Origin: an uncultured Gemmatimonadales bacterium
GTDB lineage: Bacteria; Gemmatimonadota; Gemmatimonadetes; Gemmatimonadales; Gemmatimonadaceae
Length of the DNA: 64,000 nt
Assembly: GCA_963707505.1 (NCBI GenBank)
Contig: CAVPQB010000004.1
Location: 480,001 to 544,000, forward strand
Direction of reading: 5' to 3'
The position numbers and the translations under genes are program-made. Numbering within the stretch: the first letter of the stretch is position 1; each line of letters begins with the position of its first letter. The notes under the pieces are model-generated. The model saw nothing but the letters and a program-made list of their open reading frames with translations. It searched no databases and was not told the DNA's origin. Below are positions 11,406 through 20,678 of this stretch, piece by piece.

Positions 11406-13246
11406 CGGCCACCGTCGCGCCAGTCGCGCAGAGCGCGGAGCGCATCGGCGCTCTCCTCGTGTCCGAAGGTCTCATCTCCCGCGAACAGCTCGCGCAGGCG
11501 TTGCAGGAGCAGCGCACCAGCGGAGGACGCCTCGGCTACACGCTCGTCAAGCTTGGGATGGTCGAGGAGCTGACGCTCACCCGTCTGCTCGCGCGCCAGT
11601 ACAAGATCCCAGCCGTCGACCTTACCAAATCCGACATCGATCCCGCGCTCGTTCGGCTCGTGCCCGCCGAAATCGCAATTCAGCATCTGGTGCTTCCGCT
11701 CAAGCGCGAAGGCCGCGTGCTGTACGTCGCGATGGCGGACCCGACGAACATTCGCGTCATCGACGATCTGAAGTTCCGCACGCGGTCTGACATATATCCG
11801 GTGATCGCCGGCGAGTACACTCTGCGCACGATGATCGAGCGAGTGTATCCGGAAGAATCGATGACCGACATCGGAATGGAGCGTCTTCTCGATGACATCG
11901 ACCTCGGCGATGACGACGTCGAGATGGTCGAGGAAGAGCAGGAGGAGATGACCGCCGCGGCGCTCACCGTCGCAGTCAACGAAGCGCCAGTCGTCAAGCT
12001 CATCAATGCGATTCTCACCGACGCACTGCACAAGGGCGCGTCGGACGTTCACTTCGAGTGCTTCGAGAAGGAGTTGCGCGTTCGCTATCGCGTCGACGGC
12101 GTGCTTCGCGAAGTGATGAAACCGCCGTTCAAGATGCGCGCGGCCCTCATCTCGCGCTTCAAGATCATGGCCGGCCTGAACATCGCCGAGCGACGCGTAC
12201 CGCAGGATGGACGCATCAAGCTCAAGATTGGCCGCAAGGTCATCGATTTCCGCGTCTCGACGCTTCCCACGTTGTTCGGCGAAAAGGTCGTACTGCGTAT
12301 TCTCGACAAGGGAAATCTCACCCTCGATCTCGAGACGTTCGGTATCGAGCCGCGCGCGGAGCGCGAGTTGATGGAAGCAGTTCAGAATCCATACGGCATG
12401 GTGCTGGTCACAGGGCCAACGGGTTCCGGAAAAACGACTACACTGTACTCCGCGCTGTCCAAGGTGAATACGGTCGATGTGAACATCATGACCGCCGAAG
12501 ATCCCGTCGAGTACAACCTTTACGGCATCAATCAGGTGCAGGTGCGCACCGAGATTGGAATGAGCTTCGCCGCGGCGCTGAAAGCGTTCCTGCGCCAGGA
12601 TCCGAACATCATCATGGTCGGTGAGGTTCGAGACCTGGAAACCGGCGGCATCGCGATCAAGGCAGCTCTCACGGGTCACCTCGTCATGAGCACCCTGCAC
12701 ACCAACTCCGCGCCTGAGACAGTTACGCGCTTGCTCGACATGGGACTCGAGCCATTCAACGTCGCGAGTGCACTCAATCTCATTCTTGCGCAGCGTCTCG
12801 TGCGCCGCATCTGTCCGAACTGCAAGACCCGCTACGTCCCCGACGACATCGAGCTGACCGGAGCCAAGGTCAAGGCGTCGACCACGCTTCGCGAGCTGCG
12901 ATTCACCGAGATGTCGCTCAACGATGCTCGCTCGCGGGCGACGCCGGAAGCAGCGCCGCATCTGAACGGTCTTTCGCTCTCCACCACCATTGGCGAGTTG
13001 CCCTTCTTCAAGGGAAAGGGCTGTGATGCGTGCGGAGGCACGGGACTCAAGGGGCGGCAGGGGCTCTATGAGGTCATGTTTGTGACCTCAGAGTTACGCA
13101 AGATCATAATGAAGAACGGCGACGCCGACGACATCAAGGACGCAGCTATCGGCCAGGGAATGTTGACCCTGAGAATGGACGGATGGCTCAAGGTCCTGAA
13201 GGGAATCACGACACTTGATCAGGTAATACGCGAAACCGCTGCGTGA
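11402..13246 (+). CDS. pilB: Type IV pilus extension ATPase PilB with N-terminal MshEN domain
   Basis: GASDVHFE, ERRVPQDGR, Walker A GPTGSGKT, LRQDPNIIMVGE, STLHTN, CPNC...CDAC. Confidence 0.95.
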   Translation: MTATVAPVAQSAERIGALLVSEGLISREQLAQALQEQRTSGGRLGYTLVKLGMVEELTLTRLLARQYKIPAVDLTKSDIDPALVRLVPAEIAIQHLVLPLKREGRVLYVAMADPTNIRVIDDLKFRTRSDIYPVIAGEYTLRTMIERVYPEESMTDIGMERLLDDIDLGDDDVEMVEEEQEEMTAAALTVAVNEAPVVKLINAILTDALHKGASDVHFECFEKELRVRYRVDGVLREVMKPPFKMRAALISRFKIMAGLNIAERRVPQDGRIKLKIGRKVIDFRVSTLPTLFGEKVVLRILDKGNLTLDLETFGIEPRAERELMEAVQNPYGMVLVTGPTGSGKTTTLYSALSKVNTVDVNIMTAEDPVEYNLYGINQVQVRTEIGMSFAAALKAFLRQDPNIIMVGEVRDLETGGIAIKAALTGHLVMSTLHTNSAPETVTRLLDMGLEPFNVASALNLILAQRLVRRICPNCKTRYVPDDIELTGAKVKASTTLRELRFTEMSLNDARSRATPEAAPHLNGLSLSTTIGELPFFKGKGCDACGGTGLKGRQGLYEVMFVTSELRKIIMKNGDADDIKDAAIGQGMLTLRMDGWLKVLKGITTLDQVIRETAA

Positions 13247-13325
13247 CCACGCATCGGTTTTCGCAGTCGTATAGGAAGGACATTTCAGGCTCCGCCAGGG
13301 GTCGCGCACTCAAACGCAAGAGCAC

Positions 13326-14597
13326 ATGACTGCACCAGCCTCGTCATTCAGACCACCAGCTCCCGAGCCGCCCGGCGGCCCGCACGCCGCGCGGTCGATA
13401 GAGCAGCCTCTGGCAGGCCCGGGTACGCCACAGCCGAATGCGTCGCGTGCGCCGGAGCTGAGCCTTCGCGGCCTGCTCGAGGAGATGATCGAGCGAGGTG
13501 CGTCGGATCTGCACGTCGTGTGCAACACGCGTCCCAAGTTGCGCATCAATGGTGACATCACGGATTCGCGCTTTCCGCTGCCGCTCACGCCCAAGGAGAC
13601 GCTGCAGCTCGCGTACTCCGTTCTTACGGACCAACAGAAAAAGCGGTTCGAGGTCGAGGACGAGCTCGACTTCTCGTTTGGCCTTGCGAACCTCGCTCGA
13701 TTCCGCGGAAACGTATTCAAGCAGCGCGGCTCGGTTTCGATCGTCTTCCGTCAGATCCCGTTCACCGTCCGCACGTTCGACGAGCTGAAGCTCCCTGCAG
13801 CGGTATCCAAGATGGCCGAGCGTCCGCGTGGCCTTGTGCTCGTTACCGGTCCGACAGGCTCCGGAAAATCGACGACACTCGCTGCGATGATCGACCGAAT
13901 CAATCGCGAGCGTCGCGGTCACATCATAACAGTCGAAGATCCGATCGAGTTCATCCACCGTCACCAGGGTTGCATCGTCAACCAGCGTGAGGTTGGGACC
14001 GACACGAAGTCATTCGCTACGGCTCTCAAGTATGCGTTGCGCGAAGATCCCGACGTGATTCTCATCGGTGAGATGCGCGATCTGGAGACGATCCAGGCCG
14101 CGCTGACGATCGCCGAGACAGGTCACCTCGCGTTCGCAACGCTGCACACCAATTCAGCCGCGGAAGCAATCAACCGCATCATCGACGTCTTCCCAAGCCA
14201 TCAGCAGCCACAGGTACGTGCGCAGCTCGCATTCGTGCTGGAGGGAATCGTCAGCCAGACTCTCGTCCAGACCGTGGGTGGCAAGGCTCGCGCGATGGCC
14301 GCCGAGGTTCTGGTGATGAACCAGGCCGTCCGCGCGCTCATTCGTGACGACAAGATCCACCAGATATACTCGACCATGCAGTCCGGAAAGAAATACGGAA
14401 TGCAGACGCTCAACGATTCGCTGTACGCGCTCTACATGGCACGTGAAGTATCCGCGGAGGAGTGTCTGCGCGTGAGCGGAGACCCTGCGGAATTCATGCG
14501 CATGACCGGAGTGAACGCCGACGGTGAGCCAAGCAAGGATGGACCGGTACGGGGCACGGCACAGACGCCGTACTCCACAAGTGGAGGCAGGAGGTAA
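13326..14597 (+). CDS. pilT: Type IV pilus retraction ATPase PilT
   Basis: GASDLH, RFRGNVF, GPTGSGKST, REDPDVILIGEMRD, AVRALIRD (AIRNLIRE-like), GMQT. Confidence 0.95.
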   Translation: MTAPASSFRPPAPEPPGGPHAARSIEQPLAGPGTPQPNASRAPELSLRGLLEEMIERGASDLHVVCNTRPKLRINGDITDSRFPLPLTPKETLQLAYSVLTDQQKKRFEVEDELDFSFGLANLARFRGNVFKQRGSVSIVFRQIPFTVRTFDELKLPAAVSKMAERPRGLVLVTGPTGSGKSTTLAAMIDRINRERRGHIITVEDPIEFIHRHQGCIVNQREVGTDTKSFATALKYALREDPDVILIGEMRDLETIQAALTIAETGHLAFATLHTNSAAEAINRIIDVFPSHQQPQVRAQLAFVLEGIVSQTLVQTVGGKARAMAAEVLVMNQAVRALIRDDKIHQIYSTMQSGKKYGMQTLNDSLYALYMAREVSAEECLRVSGDPAEFMRMTGVNADGEPSKDGPVRGTAQTPYSTSGGRR

Positions 14598-14600
14598 CAG

Positions 14601-15797
14601 ATGCCAACGTTCGCGTACACCGCCCGCGCTGCGAGCGGCGAGCTCAAGTCAGCGACCATCGACGCAGCGTCCAAGGATGACGTCATCGCTCAATTGCGGC
14701 GTCAGCGCTTGACACTCGTCAAGATCGAGGACGAGTCAAAGAAGAAGCCCAAGCGTCTCGGGCGCATAAAGACGCGTGATATCGTCATATTCACGCGCCA
14801 GTTCTCGACGATGATCAACTCCGGCCTTCCGCTGGTGCAGGCGCTCGACATTCTATCCAAGCAGACCGACAACAAGGCGCTGGCCTCGGTGACGCGCGAG
14901 GTGGTGTTCGATGTGGAGAGCGGGCACACACTTGCCGATGCGTTGCGCAAGCATCCCAAGGCGTTCACCGAGCTGTACGTGAACATGGTGGCCGCGGGTG
15001 AGGCGGGCGGTATTCTCGATACGATCCTCATGCGTCTCGCAACGTTCATGGAAAAGAACGACGCACTGATTCGCAAGGTGAAGGGCGCGATGATTTATCC
15101 AGGCGTCATCATGTCGGTCGCGTTCATCGCCGTTACTACGCTGCTTCTCTTTGTCATTCCGGTCTTCCAGAAGATGTTCGGATCGGTGGGTCTCGCGCTG
15201 CCGATGCCGACGCGCATAGTGATCGGCGCATCGAATCTGCTCAAGAGCTACTGGTGGCTGATGGGCGGGGTGGGAGCAGGCGTCGTGATGTTTCTCGCGA
15301 AATACTACCGCACGCCTGACGGCAAGCTGCGGATCGATCGCATGCTTCTGCGAGTTCCGATCCTCGGCGACGTGCTAAGAAAGAGCGCGGTCTCTCGCTT
15401 CACGCGCACACTCGGTACCTTGATCAGCTCCGGCGTGAGTATTCTTGACGGTCTCGAGATCACGGCCAAGACCGCTGGTAACCGCGTGATTCAGGACGCC
15501 ATCATGGCCAGCCGCGCAAGCATCGCGGGCGGTGACACGATCGCGCAGCCGCTCGCCAAGAGCAAGGTATTCCCGCCAATGGTCATCTCGATGATCTCCG
15601 TTGGTGAGCAGACCGGTGGACTGGACGAGATGCTATCGAAGATCGCCGACTTCTACGATGAAGAAGTGGATGCGGCGGTTACGGGATTACTTGCGGCGTT
15701 GGAGCCGTTGATGATCGTGTTTTTGGGTGTGGTGGTTGGCGGCATGGTCGTCGCCATGTACCTGCCGATCTTCGACATGATCAACGCCGTGCAGTAG
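14601..15797 (+). CDS. pilC: Type IV pilus platform protein PilC (GspF family)
   Basis: FTRQFSTMINSGLPL, MVAAGEAGGILD, GEQTGGLDEML, AMYLPIFDM. Confidence 0.95.
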   Translation: MPTFAYTARAASGELKSATIDAASKDDVIAQLRRQRLTLVKIEDESKKKPKRLGRIKTRDIVIFTRQFSTMINSGLPLVQALDILSKQTDNKALASVTREVVFDVESGHTLADALRKHPKAFTELYVNMVAAGEAGGILDTILMRLATFMEKNDALIRKVKGAMIYPGVIMSVAFIAVTTLLLFVIPVFQKMFGSVGLALPMPTRIVIGASNLLKSYWWLMGGVGAGVVMFLAKYYRTPDGKLRIDRMLLRVPILGDVLRKSAVSRFTRTLGTLISSGVSILDGLEITAKTAGNRVIQDAIMASRASIAGGDTIAQPLAKSKVFPPMVISMISVGEQTGGLDEMLSKIADFYDEEVDAAVTGLLAALEPLMIVFLGVVVGGMVVAMYLPIFDMINAVQ

Positions 15798-15824
15798 AGG
15801 CGCTGGTTGGCGTTCAGTAGCAAC

Positions 15825-15853
15825 GAAGGGCGACTGTTACGCAGTCGCCCTTC
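15825..15853. terminator. Hairpin between convergent pilC and amidase genes (probable intrinsic terminator)
   Basis: Perfect 12-bp stem GAAGGGCGACTG / CAGTCGCCCTTC with a 5-nt loop. Confidence 0.7.
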
Positions 15854-15879
15854 TTCCATCTTGGGTTCAGGACCCCGAT

Positions 15880-17685
15880 TCAGAATCCCGGCGGCCGCTC
15901 TCCCACAACCCTCAGCGAACGCTCGAGCGCCAATCCGGCGCGCGCAATCGTTCCCTCATCGAATAAGCGCCCGATGAGCGTAACTCCGTGCGGAACGCGG
16001 CGCGGCGGCGAGAACTTTGGGAGTGGGTGCGCTGGGTCGGGCGCCCAGTCGCTGCGTGCTTCCGATACATGTACGAATCCGGTGCGTAACGTGAGCGACG
16101 GATGTCCGGTGTTGTTGGATATCACGAGCATCTCGTCACGCAGCGACGGAACCAGCAGCAGATCCACTTGCGACATGAGCCGTGCCATCTCGGCTGCAAC
16201 CTTGCGCCGCAGTCTGTCAGCCTGAACGAAATCGACAGCGGATAGAAAGCGTGCTTCGCGAAATTGATTGGGCCACGCGTCAGGCACCTGCGCCTTCAGC
16301 TCGTCATCGCGATTGCTCAGGGTGAGCTCCTCGAATGCAGCGGCGGCCTCGGCAAACAACATGAGGTTCAGCGAATCATAAGGCCAGTCGGGAAGCGTAA
16401 CCGGCGTCGGTATCATGCCGAGCTTTCCGATCGCGTCCAACGTTGCACGATCGACGTCGGTCGCGGGTGCTTCCTTCATCCACGCGGCGAAGTATCCCAC
16501 ACGCAGTCCTTTCACCGACGCGCCAGCATCGAAGTCGAGGTGGCTTGGCACGCTCGCAACGTCGCCGGCGTCGGGACCCGTGATTGCATCGAGCACGAGC
16601 ATCGCATCTTCCACACTTCGTGTCATCGGGCCAAGCTTGTCGAGCGACCAGCAGAGCGTCATCGCGCCGGTGCGTGGCACGCGACCATACGTCGGGCGCA
16701 ATCCTGTGATGCCGCAACGCATGCTGGGACTTATGATGCTCCCGCCGGTCTCGCTTCCAACGGAGAAGCCAACGAGACCAGCAGAGGTCGCTGCACCCGG
16801 TCCGGCGCTGGATCCGGATGCACCTTCTTCGGGCAGCCACGGGTTCATTGTCTGACCGCCGAACCAGATGTCGTTGAGCGCTAGCGCGCCCATGCTCAAC
16901 TTTGCGACGAGCACTCCGCCCGCCTGACGCAGCCGCGCAACGACCGCGGAATCAGCGGTCGGTACGCGATTCCGAAACGGCTCGGCGCCATACGTTGTCG
17001 CGATTCCTGCGGTGTCGAGCAGATCCTTCACGCCATACGGAATGCCGTGCAGCGGTCCGCGATACTTGCCAGCTGCTATCTCGGCATCCGCCTGTTTCGC
17101 CTGCGCAAGCGCCGTATCCCGCGTCAACGTGATGACGCAGCGTAGCTGCGGATTGAAGCGCGTGAGCCTGTCGAGATAAATACGCGTCAACCGATCGGAG
17201 GTGAGCTTGCGCGTCTCGATCCAGCGAGACAGCTGCGTCACGGGCGCGAAGGCGATGTCTTCGTCGCTCGCTGGCAATGGGCCTGCATCTCCGTTGCTGC
17301 GCACGAACCTGTCGCGGGTTGGTCCGGTCGATTGCCCTCCGATGTCCGCATTCCAGACGGTTGCAGGCGCGAGAGTGGGCTCCAACTGTACCTTCCGCGG
17401 TCCCACTCGCCGCTCGACCAGTGCGGCCATCGACGTACGCCAACTCTTCGCGGCCATCTGCCGTTCTGCGTCAGTCATCGACACCTGCACCAACTTCTCC
17501 GCCTCGGCGAAGGTGGCCGGCGACACTTCAGGTCCAACGGGTGGTGCAGTGTTGAAAGCGGGCGGCGCTCCCGGCGTGGCGACGGCGGGATGTGTGCCCG
17601 CTGCCTGTTCGTCGCTACGGCAGGCGACGAGTGCACCGAGGATACCGATTGGAGCCTGGATCAGAAACTGGCGACGGGAATTCAC
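15880..17685 (-). CDS. Amidase signature family enzyme with twin-arginine signal and lipobox
   Basis: GTG 17685 gives NSRRQFL...ALVA|C; RGPLHGIPYGVKDL, SGSSAG, GSETGGSI (Ser-cisSer-Lys triad motifs). Confidence 0.88.
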   Translation of the reverse strand: MNSRRQFLIQAPIGILGALVACRSDEQAAGTHPAVATPGAPPAFNTAPPVGPEVSPATFAEAEKLVQVSMTDAERQMAAKSWRTSMAALVERRVGPRKVQLEPTLAPATVWNADIGGQSTGPTRDRFVRSNGDAGPLPASDEDIAFAPVTQLSRWIETRKLTSDRLTRIYLDRLTRFNPQLRCVITLTRDTALAQAKQADAEIAAGKYRGPLHGIPYGVKDLLDTAGIATTYGAEPFRNRVPTADSAVVARLRQAGGVLVAKLSMGALALNDIWFGGQTMNPWLPEEGASGSSAGPGAATSAGLVGFSVGSETGGSIISPSMRCGITGLRPTYGRVPRTGAMTLCWSLDKLGPMTRSVEDAMLVLDAITGPDAGDVASVPSHLDFDAGASVKGLRVGYFAAWMKEAPATDVDRATLDAIGKLGMIPTPVTLPDWPYDSLNLMLFAEAAAAFEELTLSNRDDELKAQVPDAWPNQFREARFLSAVDFVQADRLRRKVAAEMARLMSQVDLLLVPSLRDEMLVISNNTGHPSLTLRTGFVHVSEARSDWAPDPAHPLPKFSPPRRVPHGVTLIGRLFDEGTIARAGLALERSLRVVGERPPGF

Positions 17686-17895
17686 GAGAGACGGGTTGTG
17701 GTTGGCTATTGGAAAGGGCTCGAGCCGCACTGCGCGGCAGTCGGCTCGCCGCATTAATTAGCCTCTCGATGTCCCTCTCCGCTAGACGAGCGCACGGTGA
17801 ACGGTCGCGCGCCAACGGGATACGGCGTATCGCGTGCTGTGATGGGCGCTATTGCGTTCGGGCAGCGCGGTGTCAGGCCGATCGCGAGCGGGCGC

Positions 17896-18861
17896 TCATG
17901 GCGAGGCGGCGTTCCACACGCCGGTGATCGGTCGTGTGCTTGCGGGAAGCAGCGACGGCGTGAGATCGAAATCTTCCTCGACTGTTCGCAGCATGCTGTA
18001 GTGTGTGGCAGGGAAATCGGAACTCGCGCCGGCCTTTATCGGGCCGCCTACGAGGACTGTGAAAACTCGATTCGCGCTGCTTCCACGAAATCGGTCAGTC
18101 AGGGTGCTTGCCGACTCATCGAACGTGATTGCGATCACCGTCGACCGCATCGCGGCGGAATCCGCAAGGATGGGAGCAAGGAAGGTACGGAGCCACGTCA
18201 CTGCACTATCGATCGGTGCATCGTGACCATCATGAATCATGTTGGGAGTAATGAGCGTGTACGCGGCGAGCGAATCCTTGTTGAACCATCGCAGATTTCG
18301 AACATGGGCGCACATCTGGGGCCGAGTGTGAAATTCAGCGAAGCTGAGGAAAGGTACATGTTTGCGTGCGTAATTGCCTGAAGTGCGGCCGAAGTAACAG
18401 GACGTCGGCGCAGAACTCGTGTCGGGATAGTCTTCTGCAAACGCATCCCAGGTCAAGCCTTTCGACTCCAGTCTGTCCGCGATGGTTGGCGCATTGATCA
18501 GTAGCTGAGCATCGCCGAAATCGAGTGACCGGTACGCCTCTGGATCACGCGCGACGTTGGAGTCGGCGGTGGAGAATGTTCGGCCCGCGACGAGTGCGAG
18601 GTAATTCGGATATGACGGATGTGCGACGGCGAAGTACGCGCGCAGCGTCGCGCCGATCCGTCCGAGCGAGTCCATATATGGGATCCGCTCGATCGTCGCC
18701 GCATTCTCGTTCTCCAGAACGATCAGAACGAAGTGATCGAATGGATGCGGTGGAAATGCAGTGGCTGCATTGTCATTGACGATCGGTGCGCCCTTGCTGC
18801 AGCAGCACACCGTGACGACTGCACACGCGAGCACCGCGCGGGCCAGCAATCTGTCTGGCAA
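17896..18861 (-). CDS. Exported phosphoesterase (acid phosphatase/phospholipase C-like, alkaline phosphatase superfamily)
   Basis: LIVLENEN, HPSYPNYLAL, YARKHVPF, TPNMIHDGHD, ITFDE, HYSMLRTVE; hydrophobic leader ending in CCC. Confidence 0.85.
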   Translation of the reverse strand: MPDRLLARAVLACAVVTVCCCSKGAPIVNDNAATAFPPHPFDHFVLIVLENENAATIERIPYMDSLGRIGATLRAYFAVAHPSYPNYLALVAGRTFSTADSNVARDPEAYRSLDFGDAQLLINAPTIADRLESKGLTWDAFAEDYPDTSSAPTSCYFGRTSGNYARKHVPFLSFAEFHTRPQMCAHVRNLRWFNKDSLAAYTLITPNMIHDGHDAPIDSAVTWLRTFLAPILADSAAMRSTVIAITFDESASTLTDRFRGSSANRVFTVLVGGPIKAGASSDFPATHYSMLRTVEEDFDLTPSLLPASTRPITGVWNAASP

Positions 18862-18959
18862 TGTGATATTCTCGCTCTTGGAGGGATGTGAAGAAGGCCA
18901 GCAACATGTGTTGCTGGCCCTACCCTCACATCAATGCGCCATTGGCATGTGATGGCTCG

Positions 18960-19631
18960 TCACACCTTGCGGCGGCGACGGAAGAGAGGAACGATTCCAA
19001 TCAGGCCTGTGCCCAGCAGCGCCAGCGAGCTTGGCTCCGGTACTGTCGAAGCAGGTCCACGCGCGAAGCCATGTCCTGTGACGGCCACCGTGGATCCGGT
19101 AAGTCCTGTGGTTTGATCGTTGATCGACAAGTCGTCCACGCCGAAGCTTAGCGTGGTGCCATCCGCGAACGTAAAGTTGTGAGGCGTGTTGGAGAAGTCG
19201 ATAAAGACGTTTCCATGCGTGGCATTCGACAGATTACCGGTTATCATCGCGGTGTACAGGCTGTTGCCTACGACACCTGTGGGCTGCGTGAAGTTCACGA
19301 AGAGCGCGAAGTTCTGACCGGTGTAATCGTGGGTGCCATCGAGGAGCGTAAACGATCCGAGGTTGTTGAGGTTCGGCGTGGCTGGCGCCGTACCAATGGA
19401 CACCAGATTATCCGCCGGATTGCTGGTCACGTTGAATGTCGAGCCTGCGTACGACAACTTGCCTGTGTTGTTCAACAGCCCCGTGCAGTCGGTCGGTGCG
19501 GTTGCTGAAGTATAGAAGCAACCGAAGGTGTTGCCGGTAAACGTTATCTGCGCTCCTGCCGCACTACCGGCCATCAGGATTGCACCGCCGGCGATTGCTA
19601 CCGCTCTGACTCCTCTCCCAAGTTGCTTCAT
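18960..19631 (-). CDS. PEP-CTERM sorting-domain surface protein
   Basis: Signal peptide SAAGA|Q; Thr/Asn/Gly-rich beta domain; C-terminal VPEPSSLALLGTGLIGIVPLFRRRRKV; GGAG upstream. Confidence 0.92.
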   Translation of the reverse strand: MKQLGRGVRAVAIAGGAILMAGSAAGAQITFTGNTFGCFYTSATAPTDCTGLLNNTGKLSYAGSTFNVTSNPADNLVSIGTAPATPNLNNLGSFTLLDGTHDYTGQNFALFVNFTQPTGVVGNSLYTAMITGNLSNATHGNVFIDFSNTPHNFTFADGTTLSFGVDDLSINDQTTGLTGSTVAVTGHGFARGPASTVPEPSSLALLGTGLIGIVPLFRRRRKV

Positions 19632-19740
19632 GATGTGCTTCTCCGAGCTGAAGTGTTGCGTCAGACCCATGTCAATGGAAGGTGCGAATCGCAGTGCATT
19701 CGACCGCGCCGACCACGCCCGACGATGCGCGTAGCGAAAA

Positions 19741-19755
19741 GCAGAGATCGTGCCG
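19741..19755 (-). promoter_or_regulatory. Putative sigma54 -24/-12 promoter of the PEP-CTERM gene
   Basis: Minus strand CGGCACG-ATCT-CTGC followed by TT; exact GG-N10-GC spacing, about 110 bp upstream of the ATG. Confidence 0.6.
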
Positions 19756-19808
19756 AACGCTAATTGCGGTCGCGAATGCCGAGCCGAAGCTGTACGCAGC
19801 ATGACATA

Positions 19809-20510
19809 TCATTGCGTGACAGTGATAGTTGCGACTGTCACCGTGTTGTTCTCACTCTTGTAGCTGATGGTTCCAGTGCCGGGCGCAACGCCTGTAATCG
19901 TGCCGCCGGACGCCGTAATGATCGACGGACTGTTGTTGAACTCCACGATTGGTCGACCGCCGCTCAGAACATGTCCCTGTGCATCCAGTAGCGTGACTAC
20001 AAGTGTTTCAGACGTTCCGACCTTTATTGTGCTGACGAGTGGCGACACTGTGATGGTATCGACGACAGGACGAGTCACAGTGACCGAAACCTGTCCGGTC
20101 TGACCTCCGCTTGCAGCCGTTATCGATGCAGTGCCCGGTCCTACTGCCGAGACAGCACCCGTACTGCTCACCTTCGCCACACTCTCCGCACTCGACGACC
20201 AGGTAACGGTCCGCCCGGATAGTACGTTGCCGCTCGCATCTTTCAACGTTGGCGCGATCACAACTGTGCCAAGCGTTGCGCTATCAACAACGCCAACGAG
20301 AAGATTCGCAGTGGCTGGACTTACGGATACCGACGCGACCGGCGCGGGATTTCCGCCGCCGCCGCCGTTGCCGGGGGCGGTCATGTCACTGCTGCCTCCA
20401 CATGCAACGGCAAAAACCAGGAGCGCGACCCACGCGCATTTCGTCAGTGTGCGCGAATCAGGCCGGGATGGTGCATCAGATGCTTGCATTGTGTAATCCG
20501 TGTGAGACAT
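19809..20510 (-). CDS. Lipoprotein with tandem bacterial Ig-like (Big_2-type) domains
   Basis: Lipobox FAVA|C; PVASVSVSP...VTWSSSAESVAKVSSTGAVSAVGPGTASITA, repeated in degenerate form. The start codon is uncertain. Confidence 0.85.
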   Translation of the reverse strand: MSHTDYTMQASDAPSRPDSRTLTKCAWVALLVFAVACGGSSDMTAPGNGGGGGNPAPVASVSVSPATANLLVGVVDSATLGTVVIAPTLKDASGNVLSGRTVTWSSSAESVAKVSSTGAVSAVGPGTASITAASGGQTGQVSVTVTRPVVDTITVSPLVSTIKVGTSETLVVTLLDAQGHVLSGGRPIVEFNNSPSIITASGGTITGVAPGTGTISYKSENNTVTVATITVTQ

Positions 20511-20544
20511 GAAATCGGTGGCACACTCGTACCGCCATACTCAT

Positions 20545-20587
20545 CGCAAGCGATCAGAGCGCGTCTACTCGCGCCTGATCGCTTGCG
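20545..20587. other. Long intergenic inverted repeat downstream of the M14 gene
   Basis: CGCAAGCGATCAG-A-GCGCG-TCTACT-CGCGC-CTGATCGCTTGCG, an 18-bp stem with one bulge. Confidence 0.7.
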
Positions 20588-20678
20588 GTGCTCACACTGG
20601 ATTGGCAAAAATCGGCCCATCGCGGTCCGGCGGCCGCTGAGCGTCCGGTCAGCGGCCGGTCAGCGGCCGGTCACAGAT

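Noticed and set aside
11345..12961. 538-aa antisense ORF over pilB (similarly 43568..44629, 53714..55159, 59872..62376)
   Set aside because: These are shadow ORFs expected from high-GC codon bias opposite well-conserved genes; they contain no recognisable motifs.
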